A model generated the notes under the pieces. That model saw nothing but the letters and a program-made list of their open reading frames with translations. It did no database searches and was not told the DNA's origin. 64,000 bases of DNA from a virus: IMG/VR virus record IMGVR_UViG_3300032286_000710, positions 32,001-96,000 of that record. One strand, 5' to 3'. The translations under genes were made by a program, and so were the position numbers. This document shows positions 1 through 9,376 of this stretch, one piece after another (the first letter of the stretch is position 1; each line of letters opens with the position of its first letter).

Positions 1-2
1 TA

Positions 3-224
3 ACCAACGTGGTTCCCGGTAGAGAAACAATTCAGAACGGTTCAGCCGTTGTATATTGCTTTTTCGGAAAGCCAGTAAGTGGAAGCGGCAGTTATCAAGC
101 TTTAATTAGTCCATTTGAATATGAAAAGTCTTATTCTTACACTGCTAACGAAAATAGACTAAAGAGTAGATTTGATGATGTTACTTATTACACTGTTGGA
201 AATTCTGGCGTAATTGGAGTCTAA
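3..224 (+). CDS. C-terminal fragment of a probable virion/structural protein (5'-truncated by window edge)
   Basis: Reading frame is open from position 3 through the GTG at 9; stop lies 2 nt before the next ATG. Confidence 0.55.
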   Translation, partial: TNVVPGRETIQNGSAVVYCFFGKPVSGSGSYQALISPFEYEKSYSYTANENRLKSRFDDVTYYTVGNSGVIGV

Positions 225-226
225 GT

Positions 227-1414
227 ATGGCACTTACTAGAATAAATCAATTACCATCTGGAGCAGCAGTTACTGATGATGATATATTTATTGTTATGGA
301 TGACCCGTCTGGAATTGCAGTAACAAAAAGAGTTTCTGCCAGCGTACTAAGAAGTTCAATTCTAAATCAAGCCGCACAATTACAGTTAAGACAGGGTACA
401 AATGTAGAAAGGGGCTTGATTACCCCAGCCAGCGGAGAACCAATTTGGGTTACTGATCAAAAGAAGCTTTATATTGGGGATGGTACTACAGTAGGAGGAC
501 AATTTATTGGGCCATATATCGAAACAGGTACTGAATTAGTTGGTAGAGATACAACTAATAGTGCTATTGCTGGAGGACAAAAAAATCAAATTATTTCTCC
601 TAACTACGGTGTTACAATAGGTGCTGGATACTACAACGTTGCTAAACCTGGAACTCAATTTAGTACTATTGGTGGAGGATATTATAACGAAGCTTCAACT
701 GGATCTATTAAAGGAACTATTTCTGGAGGCGAATGGAATACAGTAGTTGGAAGTCATTCAACAATTGGTGGCGGTGGAGGAAATACTACTAATGGACTTC
801 TTTCAACAATTGGTGGCGGTGGTAGTTTGGCTGGTGAGAGTAGGAATATTGGAAATATTGCTAATGGATACGCTTCAACAATTTGCGGAGGCGTTGCCAA
901 TAATTCATTGGGTGATTATTCAATAGTAATTGGTGGATATGGAGGAAAGTCAACTTTATATGGACAAGTTTCTCATGCTGCTGGAAATTTTGCTAATCAG
1001 GGAGATGCTCAACATTCTATTTTAATAGCAAGACGAGCAACATCAGACGCTACAGCAAATACAGTATTAACACTAGATGGTGGCACACCGGGGTCAACCA
1101 ATAGATTAACAATAGCCGCCTCAACAGCGTGGTCATTCCTAATAAAAATTAGTGCATATAATACTACTGATAATGCGGCAGCTTCTTGGTTTTTAAAGGG
1201 TGGTATAAGAAGAAATGCTGCTAATGGAACAGCATTAATAGGATCAGTTACTTCAGAAACATGGACAGAAGCTGCTATGTCAACTGCTACCGTTAGTGCT
1301 GTTGCCGATGACACCAACGAGGCTTTAGAAATAAGAGTAACTGGTATAGCTAGTAAATCTATAAGATGGGTAGCTGTAGTTGATATTACTCAAGTAAGCT
1401 TTGGATCACCATAA
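227..1414 (+). CDS. Tail fibre / receptor-binding protein with Mtd_N-like N-terminal domain and glycine-rich beta-roll repeats
   Basis: N-terminal RINQLP...TKRVS motif; LQLRQGT...GEPIWVTDQKKLYIGDG (Mtd-N/hyaluronidase-N-like); repeated STIGGGxxN units. Confidence 0.75.
   Translation: MALTRINQLPSGAAVTDDDIFIVMDDPSGIAVTKRVSASVLRSSILNQAAQLQLRQGTNVERGLITPASGEPIWVTDQKKLYIGDGTTVGGQFIGPYIETGTELVGRDTTNSAIAGGQKNQIISPNYGVTIGAGYYNVAKPGTQFSTIGGGYYNEASTGSIKGTISGGEWNTVVGSHSTIGGGGGNTTNGLLSTIGGGGSLAGESRNIGNIANGYASTICGGVANNSLGDYSIVIGGYGGKSTLYGQVSHAAGNFANQGDAQHSILIARRATSDATANTVLTLDGGTPGSTNRLTIAASTAWSFLIKISAYNTTDNAAASWFLKGGIRRNAANGTALIGSVTSETWTEAAMSTATVSAVADDTNEALEIRVTGIASKSIRWVAVVDITQVSFGSP
757..822 (+). repeat. 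21-bp direct repeat (TTCAACAATTGGTGGCGGTGG at 757-777 and 802-822) within tail fibre repeats
   Basis: Exact duplicate with a 45-bp (15-codon) period, encoding STIGGG. Confidence 0.85.
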
Positions 1415-2664
1415 TGGATAATGCTAAAGGCATTCCACTTAAATGTGGTTCTATATCTGGAGTTAATGCTCCAACATATATTTTTAAAAAACCTACATTC
1501 GGTGGAAGTAAAATACAATTATCAGTACAACCATTTACTAGAATAACATCATCGTCTTCTGCTGGAAATATTACTTCTTATGATGCTATTTTTTTAAGAA
1601 GTATTTCTGCCTCCACGATTACTGATTATAATACATTCATAAATAAAGATGAGGATGTACAATCGGTATCTGTATATAGTCTTAATAGTGGAATAATTTT
1701 AGGATCAAATTTTAACTTGGCGTCTGGAGTTTCTGGCGGAATCACATCTTTAGTAGCAACCGGAATTGGTATATCAAACTGTTTTAGTCTAGCTAGCGTT
1801 ACTGTTGATCAACTTGGACCATCAACGGTAGATTCATTTATATCATACTCTGGCGGAACTCTTGCTAAAAACTGCTATGATACAATTAATAATAGAATAA
1901 CTGGAAAAAATCCAACAATATCAAAACCAATTTTTTCAACTTTAAATCATACATTGTCAACCTATGTTAGAAATACTGGTTGTTGGGCATATGATTTAGA
2001 CTTAACCTGTATTAGTCCGTGGAATAGTGCTGGCGGTATTACTATGGGTGGCACACTCATAAGTCCATGTCATATAGCATTTGCTAATCATTATCAAATA
2101 AGTAATGGATCTAAGATTAGATATGTAACATCAAATAACGTTACTGTAGAAAAAACAGTTATTGATCAAATTAATGCCGTTGACGATATACAAATAGGTA
2201 TACTTGATAGCGACGTTCCATCATCTATTTCTTTTGCAAAAATATTACCAAACAACTGGTCAACTTATTTACCAAACTTATATAGAAATACTCAATATAA
2301 TACTAATTCTGCTGGATTACCCATAATGACTTTAGATTATGATAAAAAAGCCTCAATAATGGAACTCCACTATATAGCAAACAATGCTGGAGCTTTTGTC
2401 AGGGGGCCATCACCAAACTCAAGTTTTTATCCATTCCTAGAATCGGTAGTTGGTGGAGATAGCGGCAGTCCATCATTTTTAATTATCAATAATCAATTAG
2501 TTTTAATTCTGACTTGGACTAGTGTTATTGCTGGGCCATTTTATGGTGGAATTTATGTTAGTTCAATTAATACTGCCATGAATACCCTGTGGACAAGAAA
2601 TGGGCGATCTGGTGGTTCATATGCTGTAACCCTAATTGATTTAACTGGATTCACTCCGTTCTAA
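1414..2664 (+). CDS. Trypsin-like (S1) serine protease domain protein, probably virion-associated
   Basis: GGTLISPCHIAFANHY (His), DDIQIGILD (Asp), GGDSGSP (Ser); TAATG coupling to the tail fibre gene. Confidence 0.75.
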   Translation: MDNAKGIPLKCGSISGVNAPTYIFKKPTFGGSKIQLSVQPFTRITSSSSAGNITSYDAIFLRSISASTITDYNTFINKDEDVQSVSVYSLNSGIILGSNFNLASGVSGGITSLVATGIGISNCFSLASVTVDQLGPSTVDSFISYSGGTLAKNCYDTINNRITGKNPTISKPIFSTLNHTLSTYVRNTGCWAYDLDLTCISPWNSAGGITMGGTLISPCHIAFANHYQISNGSKIRYVTSNNVTVEKTVIDQINAVDDIQIGILDSDVPSSISFAKILPNNWSTYLPNLYRNTQYNTNSAGLPIMTLDYDKKASIMELHYIANNAGAFVRGPSPNSSFYPFLESVVGGDSGSPSFLIINNQLVLILTWTSVIAGPFYGGIYVSSINTAMNTLWTRNGRSGGSYAVTLIDLTGFTPF

Positions 2665-2665
2665 C

Positions 2666-2694
2666 TTGCAATACTGCTAGGATCGGACTATAAT
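2666..2694 (+). promoter_or_regulatory. Sigma70-type promoter TTGCAA-17bp-TATAAT, likely giving a leaderless mRNA
   Basis: -35 at 2666-2671, perfect -10 at 2689-2694, ATG at 2700 with no Shine-Dalgarno. Confidence 0.7.
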
Positions 2695-2699
2695 AGTTT

Positions 2700-3500
2700 A
2701 TGACTAGAAATTTGCACTATATAAGCGGATTACCAAGAAGCGGAAGCACCCTACTTTGTAATATTCTGTCTCAAAATCCAGACTTTTTTGTTAGCAAGGC
2801 TACTAGTGGTTGCCACGATATTCTATTCAGTATTAGAAATCAGTGGGATAGATTGCTAGAGCATAAAGCAGAAGGAGTTGACTACAATCAACTGAAAAGG
2901 GTTTTACAGTCAATATTAAATAGTTACCATACTACTGATAAAGATATTATATTTGATAAAGGTAGGGGTTGGTTAAGTTTGATAGAAACAGTCGAATTTA
3001 TAACCGGGAAAACTCCTAAAATTATTGTTCCGGTAAGAAATATTTCGGCAATACTCAGTAGTTTTGAAAAATTGTGGAGAAAAAATACTGGTTTTTCTCA
3101 GTGGAATATTGAGCAAGAAGACTATTTCAAAGCTCAAACTGTTGATGGTAGATGCGAAATATGGGCAAATCAAAATCAACCTGTTGGAATGGCATATAAC
3201 AGGGTTAGGGATGCTATAAGCAGGGGCTACAAAGATAGCCTATTCTTTTTAGAATTTGAAGATTTAACATCTCGCCCGTATCAGACCATGAGAAAGGTGT
3301 ATGATTATTTAGAACTACCATATTATGAGCATAATTTTAATCATGTGGAACAGGTCACAAGGGAAGATGACGAAAACGTACATAGAATTCCCGGTCTTCA
3401 TTCTATACGCTCAGTAGTTGAACCCGTAAAAAATGACTCTATAAATATTTTAGGAGAATTTTTGACTAAAAAATACTCTAACTTAGAAATATGGAAATAA
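2700..3500 (+). CDS. PAPS-dependent sulfotransferase
   Basis: 5'-PSB loop GLPRSGSTLL, 3'-PB-like VRNISAILSS, FEDLTSRP and VYDYLEL family motifs. Confidence 0.85.
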   Translation: MTRNLHYISGLPRSGSTLLCNILSQNPDFFVSKATSGCHDILFSIRNQWDRLLEHKAEGVDYNQLKRVLQSILNSYHTTDKDIIFDKGRGWLSLIETVEFITGKTPKIIVPVRNISAILSSFEKLWRKNTGFSQWNIEQEDYFKAQTVDGRCEIWANQNQPVGMAYNRVRDAISRGYKDSLFFLEFEDLTSRPYQTMRKVYDYLELPYYEHNFNHVEQVTREDDENVHRIPGLHSIRSVVEPVKNDSINILGEFLTKKYSNLEIWK

Positions 3501-3505
3501 TTATT

Positions 3506-3811
3506 ATGAAAAAATATATACTTTTATTGTTAATGCTATCTGGGTGTTCAAATAATATGTTTTGTGTCAATCCAGAAGATATAACAAATATGTACTCTTC
3601 TTACGTAACGGAGTGGCAAGAGAAGTGTAAGACAGCTTTTGACAATGCAGAAAAAGAAGTTTTTAAGGTAGATCCAAAACCGCAGCCGGTTGTGGATACT
3701 GATCCAGACCCAGTAAAATGCGTTTGCAAAGGCACAGGAATAATTGTTCAAGGAGATGGTCATAAAACAATATGTCCATTTCATGCAAAGACCACTAATT
3801 TAAAGAGGTAA
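3506..3811 (+). CDS. Putative lipoprotein with C-terminal Cys/His (zinc-finger-like) motif
   Basis: MKKYILLLLMLSGC signal peptide and lipobox from ATG 3506; CVCKGTG...GDGHKTICPFH. Confidence 0.6.
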   Translation: MKKYILLLLMLSGCSNNMFCVNPEDITNMYSSYVTEWQEKCKTAFDNAEKEVFKVDPKPQPVVDTDPDPVKCVCKGTGIIVQGDGHKTICPFHAKTTNLKR

Positions 3812-3815
3812 TAAG

Positions 3816-4091
3816 ATGGAATCGTGGAATATTTTGTTAATTGGAATTGCTTTACTTATATTAGCAACTAACTTTGTAGATATTCCATACTGGGTATCTA
3901 GACTATTTGCTAAGTCTAAGGTCAAAGTTGTAGAGAACAAAGAAGAAGGATTCTTGGAAATAGTTAGTTTATGGTATCAACTAAAAAATAAATGCGATGA
4001 ATACCATTTAACCGTAGCGTCTGATAAGTTAGACGAAGTATTTCCACTACTAAACAAAGTAATTGAGGACAACGATGGAAAAGTTTCTTAA
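3816..4091 (+). CDS. Small membrane-anchored hypothetical protein
   Basis: N-terminal hydrophobic helix WNILLIGIALLILATNFV. Confidence 0.6.
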   Translation: MESWNILLIGIALLILATNFVDIPYWVSRLFAKSKVKVVENKEEGFLEIVSLWYQLKNKCDEYHLTVASDKLDEVFPLLNKVIEDNDGKVS

Positions 4092-4542
4092 GGTTAAAAA
4101 TTTAATAGCACTAATTTTACTTGGCATAGCTTTATACCAACCAATATTAAATATAGTTCCAATCTCACCAAAACCAGATGTTGCTATTCTAAATATTGAT
4201 CGCCCTAGCGATGAAGTTATAGAATTAGTTAAACCAGTATCATCATTAATAATTGATCCAACAGATAGAGCAAAAGTTGCTATATATAGTCAAGAGTTTG
4301 CAAATAGAGTAAAGACCTATGACGCTCAGTTACAACAAGTAAATGATGTGCTAGCATTATCTGCAAGCGGATTCTTTGAAGGAACCATGAATGATAAGTA
4401 TAAAGATTTAGATGTGGCTATTGTAGATTTAATTACTTCTGCCGTTGGTGGTGATGAAAATCATAAACTAACAGATGAAGAAAAAAATAAAATCTCAGAT
4501 AGATTTATGGGCTTGGCTTGGTCACTAATACAGAAGAATTAA
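4075..4542 (+). CDS. Membrane-anchored hypothetical protein
   Basis: LIALILLGIALY N-terminal transmembrane segment; ATG 4075 preceded by GAGG. Confidence 0.6.
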   Translation: MEKFLKVKNLIALILLGIALYQPILNIVPISPKPDVAILNIDRPSDEVIELVKPVSSLIIDPTDRAKVAIYSQEFANRVKTYDAQLQQVNDVLALSASGFFEGTMNDKYKDLDVAIVDLITSAVGGDENHKLTDEEKNKISDRFMGLAWSLIQKN

Positions 4543-4543
4543 T

Positions 4544-5182
4544 ATGCCAATACCAATTTCACAAATTAAACAAATTGTTGATTTCATCTTTTCGAAGAAT
4601 GGTTATGACATTAAAAATCTAAATATAAGTTTCCCCCAACCATTAGATATTAAAGTTATAAAAGACCCTTCTGAAAATATTATTCTGTCATTCACTGAAT
4701 CTCTCCCAAAAGTAACTTGGAAAAAATACATCAAGTTAAGTGCTTATGTGCAGGGCTTGACTTTAGGTAAAGAGGGTGGTACACTCAAGCTAAAGTACCT
4801 ACCAGATATCAAGTTTTCCTATGATGAAAACTCAGAAACTCTGTTTGGTAGTTCTTTCGACACCAGCGACATAGAAGCTCAGATTGACGCTGAATATGCA
4901 GACTTAGAAAGAAACTTTTTAGCCAAAAAATGTTTGCAATACGGCAACGAATGGGCTACAATAGCTAGCCAAAGCGGAACAAACTTTACGGAGTGTGACA
5001 CATATAGTAAAAGGCAACTAAAAAGAGATTGCAAAGACTTCGTAATGTCCAATGTAAAACAAGATCCAGAAGTAATGTATGGATCTGTTATACTAACATT
5101 TTTGCTAATCTATGTTGTTTTGCCCGTTATATTAAAGTTTATACTTGAAAGATTGTTTAGAAAACTTTTTAACGAATATTGA
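4544..5182 (+). CDS. Hypothetical protein with C-terminal transmembrane helix
   Basis: VILTFLLIYVVLPVILKFIL near the C-terminus. Confidence 0.6.
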   Translation: MPIPISQIKQIVDFIFSKNGYDIKNLNISFPQPLDIKVIKDPSENIILSFTESLPKVTWKKYIKLSAYVQGLTLGKEGGTLKLKYLPDIKFSYDENSETLFGSSFDTSDIEAQIDAEYADLERNFLAKKCLQYGNEWATIASQSGTNFTECDTYSKRQLKRDCKDFVMSNVKQDPEVMYGSVILTFLLIYVVLPVILKFILERLFRKLFNEY

Positions 5183-5208
5183 TAGTTGATTAAAAGAAAG
5201 AGGGGATT

Positions 5209-7443
5209 ATGCGCGTTCAAAAAAGGAACGGTAGTTTCGAAGTCTACACAGTTGAGAAGATTCATAAGGTTGTAGAGTGGGCGATTAAAGACATCGCTAA
5301 CGTTTCTTGGTCAGATATAGAGATGAATGCCAACCTCTCTCTAAAAGATGGAATAACCACAGAAGAAATCCATCAAATCTTAATCAAATCTGCCAACGAT
5401 CTAACTTCTCCCAGCAAACCAAACTATCAATATGTCGCATCTAGACTATTGAATATGTCTCTTAGAAAAGACCTTTGGGAAAACCACGACGCTCCACCAA
5501 GTTTGTTTTCTCATATATCAACTAATGTAGAGGCTGAAATATATGATGATGCTCTATTATCAAAATGGAGTAAAGAACAAATAGATCAGATTGAGAAGTT
5601 CGTTGATCACGATAGGGATTACTTATATACTTATGCTGGATTACAGCAAATGATAGATAAGTATCTTATCAAGAATAGGTCTACCGGGCAGATGTATGAA
5701 ACACCACAATTTGCTTATGTAGCAATTGCTATGTCTTTATTTGATACCGTAGAGGAAGTAGAAGAGGCATATGAATGTTTCTCTACATTTAAGATCAATC
5801 TTCCAACCCCAATCATGGCGGGTGTAAGAACTAAAATTAAACAGTTTGCTAGTTGTGTTCTAGTAGACGTTGCAGATGATCTTGATTCCATATTCTCAAG
5901 CGTACATGCTGTTGGAAAGTATACTGCCAGAAGGGCTGGTATTGGTCTAAACATTGGTCGAATTCGCCCAATTAACTCTAGCATTAGAGGCGGCGAAGTA
6001 ATTCATACTGGTCTTATCCCATACTTAAAGATATTTGAGTCAACCGTTAAGGCAACAAGTCAGAATGGTATTCGTGGTGGTTCTGCTACTGTTCATATTC
6101 CATTTTGGCATTATGAAATTGAAGACGTAATGACACTAAAGAATAACGCCGGAACTGACGATAATAGAGTAAGAAAGCTAGATTACTCTGTTCAGTTTAA
6201 TAAGTTGTTCTATGAGCGTTTAATTAAAAATGAAGACATTACATTAATGAGTCCTCATGAAACTGGTGGTCTTTATAGTTCTATGAACAACAATGAAGAC
6301 TTTAAAAAGCTATATGAAAAATATGAAAACTCTCGCCATATAAAGATGAAGAAAAAAATTAACGCAAGAAAGCTTGCTGAAATTTTTACCAAAGAGAGAT
6401 TAGAAACTGGTCGCATTTATGTTATGAATATTGATAATGCTAATGAGCATGGATCATGGGATGCCCCAGTTTACATGAGTAATCTCTGCCAAGAAATTAT
6501 TCATCCAACTATACCCATATCATCCATAGATGACAAAGAGGGCGAAATTGGTATTTGTATTCTATCAGCATTAAACCTACTTGAACTAGAAGATAACAAG
6601 GATATAGAAAAGGCTTGTTCTATTGCTGTAAAGTCTTTGGAATCCATTATTGACTATCAAAATTATCCAGTAGCGGCTGGCGAAAACTTTACAAAGAATC
6701 GTAGATCACTCGGAATTGGTGTTACTAATTTTGCTGCATTTTTAGCAAAGCACAAGCTAAAATATGATGATGCAGAAACACTAAGATTAGTTCATGAAAT
6801 TATGGAAAAAATTCAGTGGTACTTACTAAACGAGTCTTGCAAACTTGCTGAACTCAAGGGACCATGTAATAAATTCAATGAGACTAAATATTCTCGCGGA
6901 TTATTGCCAATTGATTGGTATAAAAAGACAGTTGACGAACTGGTTAAGCCAGAGTATACTATGGATTGGGAAGGCTTGAGAACTAGGATCAAAACCCATG
7001 GTCTAAGACACTCTACCCTGACCGCTATAATGCCCTGTGAGTCTTCTAGCGTCATCCAGAACAGCACAAATGGAATTGAACCTGTCCGTAGCCTCATGTC
7101 TTATAAAAAGGCTAAGAACGGCATTCTCAAGCAATTAGTGCCAAATTATGCTTCTCGTAAAAATTACTATACTTTAGCATGGGAAATGCAAAATAACAAA
7201 GCAATATTAAATATTTGTGCCGTATTACAGAAATTTGTTGACATGAGTATAAGTGTTAATTTATACTACAATTATGCCCATTATCCTGACGGCAATATTC
7301 CTTTGAGTATTTTGATCAAAGATCAGATACAGGGGTATAAGTATGGTGTAAAGAACTTTTATTATTGCAATACGCCAGATTCTGATGGTAATACTGAAAA
7401 AGATTTGTTATCTACCTGTGAGGGTGGTTCTTGTGCAATATAA
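5209..7443 (+). CDS. nrdA: Class Ia ribonucleotide reductase alpha subunit
   Basis: ATP cone (VQKRNG), ETPQ, PTPIMAG, QFASC, SNLCQEI, MPCESSS..NSTNGIEP, C-terminal CEGGSCAI. Confidence 0.97.
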   Translation: MRVQKRNGSFEVYTVEKIHKVVEWAIKDIANVSWSDIEMNANLSLKDGITTEEIHQILIKSANDLTSPSKPNYQYVASRLLNMSLRKDLWENHDAPPSLFSHISTNVEAEIYDDALLSKWSKEQIDQIEKFVDHDRDYLYTYAGLQQMIDKYLIKNRSTGQMYETPQFAYVAIAMSLFDTVEEVEEAYECFSTFKINLPTPIMAGVRTKIKQFASCVLVDVADDLDSIFSSVHAVGKYTARRAGIGLNIGRIRPINSSIRGGEVIHTGLIPYLKIFESTVKATSQNGIRGGSATVHIPFWHYEIEDVMTLKNNAGTDDNRVRKLDYSVQFNKLFYERLIKNEDITLMSPHETGGLYSSMNNNEDFKKLYEKYENSRHIKMKKKINARKLAEIFTKERLETGRIYVMNIDNANEHGSWDAPVYMSNLCQEIIHPTIPISSIDDKEGEIGICILSALNLLELEDNKDIEKACSIAVKSLESIIDYQNYPVAAGENFTKNRRSLGIGVTNFAAFLAKHKLKYDDAETLRLVHEIMEKIQWYLLNESCKLAELKGPCNKFNETKYSRGLLPIDWYKKTVDELVKPEYTMDWEGLRTRIKTHGLRHSTLTAIMPCESSSVIQNSTNGIEPVRSLMSYKKAKNGILKQLVPNYASRKNYYTLAWEMQNNKAILNICAVLQKFVDMSISVNLYYNYAHYPDGNIPLSILIKDQIQGYKYGVKNFYYCNTPDSDGNTEKDLLSTCEGGSCAI

Positions 7444-7903
7444 TTTAAAAGAAATGTTATCATATGACCCCAACACTGGAAATATATTCTGGAAAATAAA
7501 TCCTAATTTGGGATATACAAAGGCGGGAGATATCGCAGGTACTATTGATAATAAGGGGTATATAGTAATATCAGTAGGATATAAAAGATATAAAGCACAC
7601 AGATTGGCATGGTATTTGTATTATGATGAATGGCCTAAAAATCAAATAGATCACATTGATAGAAATAAACAGAATAATTGTATTAATAATTTACGAGATG
7701 TCACACAAGAAATTAATCAAAGTAATTCACATGTTAGAAAAGATTCAACTAGTGGGTATAGAGGTATTTCTTGGAATAAAATAAGAAAAAAGTGGCAAGT
7801 AAGAATACAAATTAATGGTAAACGCAAAGAGTTAGGCTTTTTTGATGATATAAATAAAGCTATAGAAAGAAGATTGGAACATGAAAACAATATTAAATAC
7901 TAA
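7433..7903 (+). CDS. Free-standing HNH homing endonuclease with AP2 DNA-binding domain
   Basis: YKAHRLAW...IDHIDRNKQNN..NNLR (HNH); SGYRGISW..KKWQVRI...LGFF (AP2); start uncertain (GTG 7433 or ATG 7454). Confidence 0.9.
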   Translation: MQYNLKEMLSYDPNTGNIFWKINPNLGYTKAGDIAGTIDNKGYIVISVGYKRYKAHRLAWYLYYDEWPKNQIDHIDRNKQNNCINNLRDVTQEINQSNSHVRKDSTSGYRGISWNKIRKKWQVRIQINGKRKELGFFDDINKAIERRLEHENNIKY

Positions 7904-8960
7904 AAACGTTGACTACTTGAAGCAACCATTATTTTTAGGCGAAAACTTATCATTACAGAGATATGATAAATTTAAATATCCAGTATTTTTTGATTTGTAT
8001 AAGAAACAAATTGAATTCTTTTGGCGTCCAGAAGAAATAGAACTGAAGAAAGATCGTAATGACTTCAAAAATGATGATATTATGAGTGAGAATGAAAGAT
8101 TTATTTTCACATCTAATCTTAAATATCAAACTATGCTTGATTCAGTTATTTGTAGGGGTGTTCCAAGCTTTAATCAATATGTTTCTAATCCAGAATTAGA
8201 AGCCTGTATGAATGTTTGGCAATTTTTCGAACAAATTCATAGTTACAGCTATACATATATTATTAAGAACGTATATAACAATCCTAGCGAAATACTAGAT
8301 AGCTGTTTAACAGATAAAGAAATTCTTAAACGAGCCAATGTAGCAATCAAAGAATATAACGCTTTACGAGAAGTAGGTCATTCCGGCAAAGTTAAAGATA
8401 TAAAAAAGCAGATTTACCTAACTCTCATTAGCGTTAACATACTTGAAGCAGTTAGATTTTATGTCTCATTTATTTCTGCATTCGCGTTTGCAGAAAACAA
8501 GAAAATGATTGGCAATGCAGATATTATTAAACTTATTAAACGTGATGAAGCATTACATCTTTATAATACTCAGGAAATTATTAAGATTCTTCACAATGTT
8601 CCAGAAGAGGGATTTGTAAAGATAGCAGAAGAATGTCAAGAAGAAGCCGTAGCAATGTTTGAATCCGCAGCAAATGAGGAAAAGGCATGGGCAGAATACC
8701 TATTTAAAGATGGATCAATCATTGGTTTAAATGAAAAGGTTATGGCTGAATATATTGATTGGCTATGCATGACTAGAAGAAAAAACATAGGTTTACCATA
8801 CGATAAGGGTTGTAGAAATCCAATATCTGGATGGACTGACCCTTGGATGAATAGTGAATCAGTGCAAGTTGCACCACAAGAGCATGAAATTACTTCATAT
8901 AAGATTGGTGCTAGTAAGAACGATTTAGAGGATGTTGACCTAGGAGGATTCGATTTATGA
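7881..8960 (+). CDS. nrdB: Class Ia ribonucleotide reductase beta subunit
   Basis: FWRPEE, EQIHSYSY, LEAVRFYVSF, RDEALH, VAPQE. Confidence 0.97.
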   Translation: MKTILNTKNVDYLKQPLFLGENLSLQRYDKFKYPVFFDLYKKQIEFFWRPEEIELKKDRNDFKNDDIMSENERFIFTSNLKYQTMLDSVICRGVPSFNQYVSNPELEACMNVWQFFEQIHSYSYTYIIKNVYNNPSEILDSCLTDKEILKRANVAIKEYNALREVGHSGKVKDIKKQIYLTLISVNILEAVRFYVSFISAFAFAENKKMIGNADIIKLIKRDEALHLYNTQEIIKILHNVPEEGFVKIAEECQEEAVAMFESAANEEKAWAEYLFKDGSIIGLNEKVMAEYIDWLCMTRRKNIGLPYDKGCRNPISGWTDPWMNSESVQVAPQEHEITSYKIGASKNDLEDVDLGGFDL

Positions 8961-9376
8961 TTTCTGTTCAATTACTTGATAACAATGCCAAGATTCCAAC
9001 AAAAGCCAACCCAAATGACGCAGGATTTGACTTATACTCAGTGCTTGATACCGTCATACCACCAAAACAACGTAAGACTGTCAGAACGGGGATAGCAATA
9101 AAAATGCCAGAACACTTTGCTGGTTTAATTTGGCCAAGATCGGGCCTTTCAGTTAAACAAGGTATTGATGTTTTAGCAGGGGTAGTGGATAGCGGATATA
9201 GAGGAGAAATAATGGTATGCTTATACAACACTTCTGATGAAGTTGTAGGTATAAATACCGGGGATAGAATCGCTCAGATTATATTCCAAGAGGTTCCTCG
9301 CGTAAGTATGGAGGTCCATGAAACGTTAGGTTCCTCGCAACGAGGAGACAACGGCTTTGGCAGCAGCGGCAAATAA
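8957..9376 (+). CDS. dut: Trimeric dUTPase
   Basis: AGFDL, PRSGL, GVVDSGYRGE, RIAQ, RGDNGFGSSG. Confidence 0.97.
   Translation: MISVQLLDNNAKIPTKANPNDAGFDLYSVLDTVIPPKQRKTVRTGIAIKMPEHFAGLIWPRSGLSVKQGIDVLAGVVDSGYRGEIMVCLYNTSDEVVGINTGDRIAQIIFQEVPRVSMEVHETLGSSQRGDNGFGSSGK

Noticed and set aside
227-1414. Diversity-generating retroelement target, suggested by the Mtd_N-like domain
   Set aside because: No reverse transcriptase or template/variable repeat pair is visible in the window, and Mtd_N is a generic tail fibre anchor.
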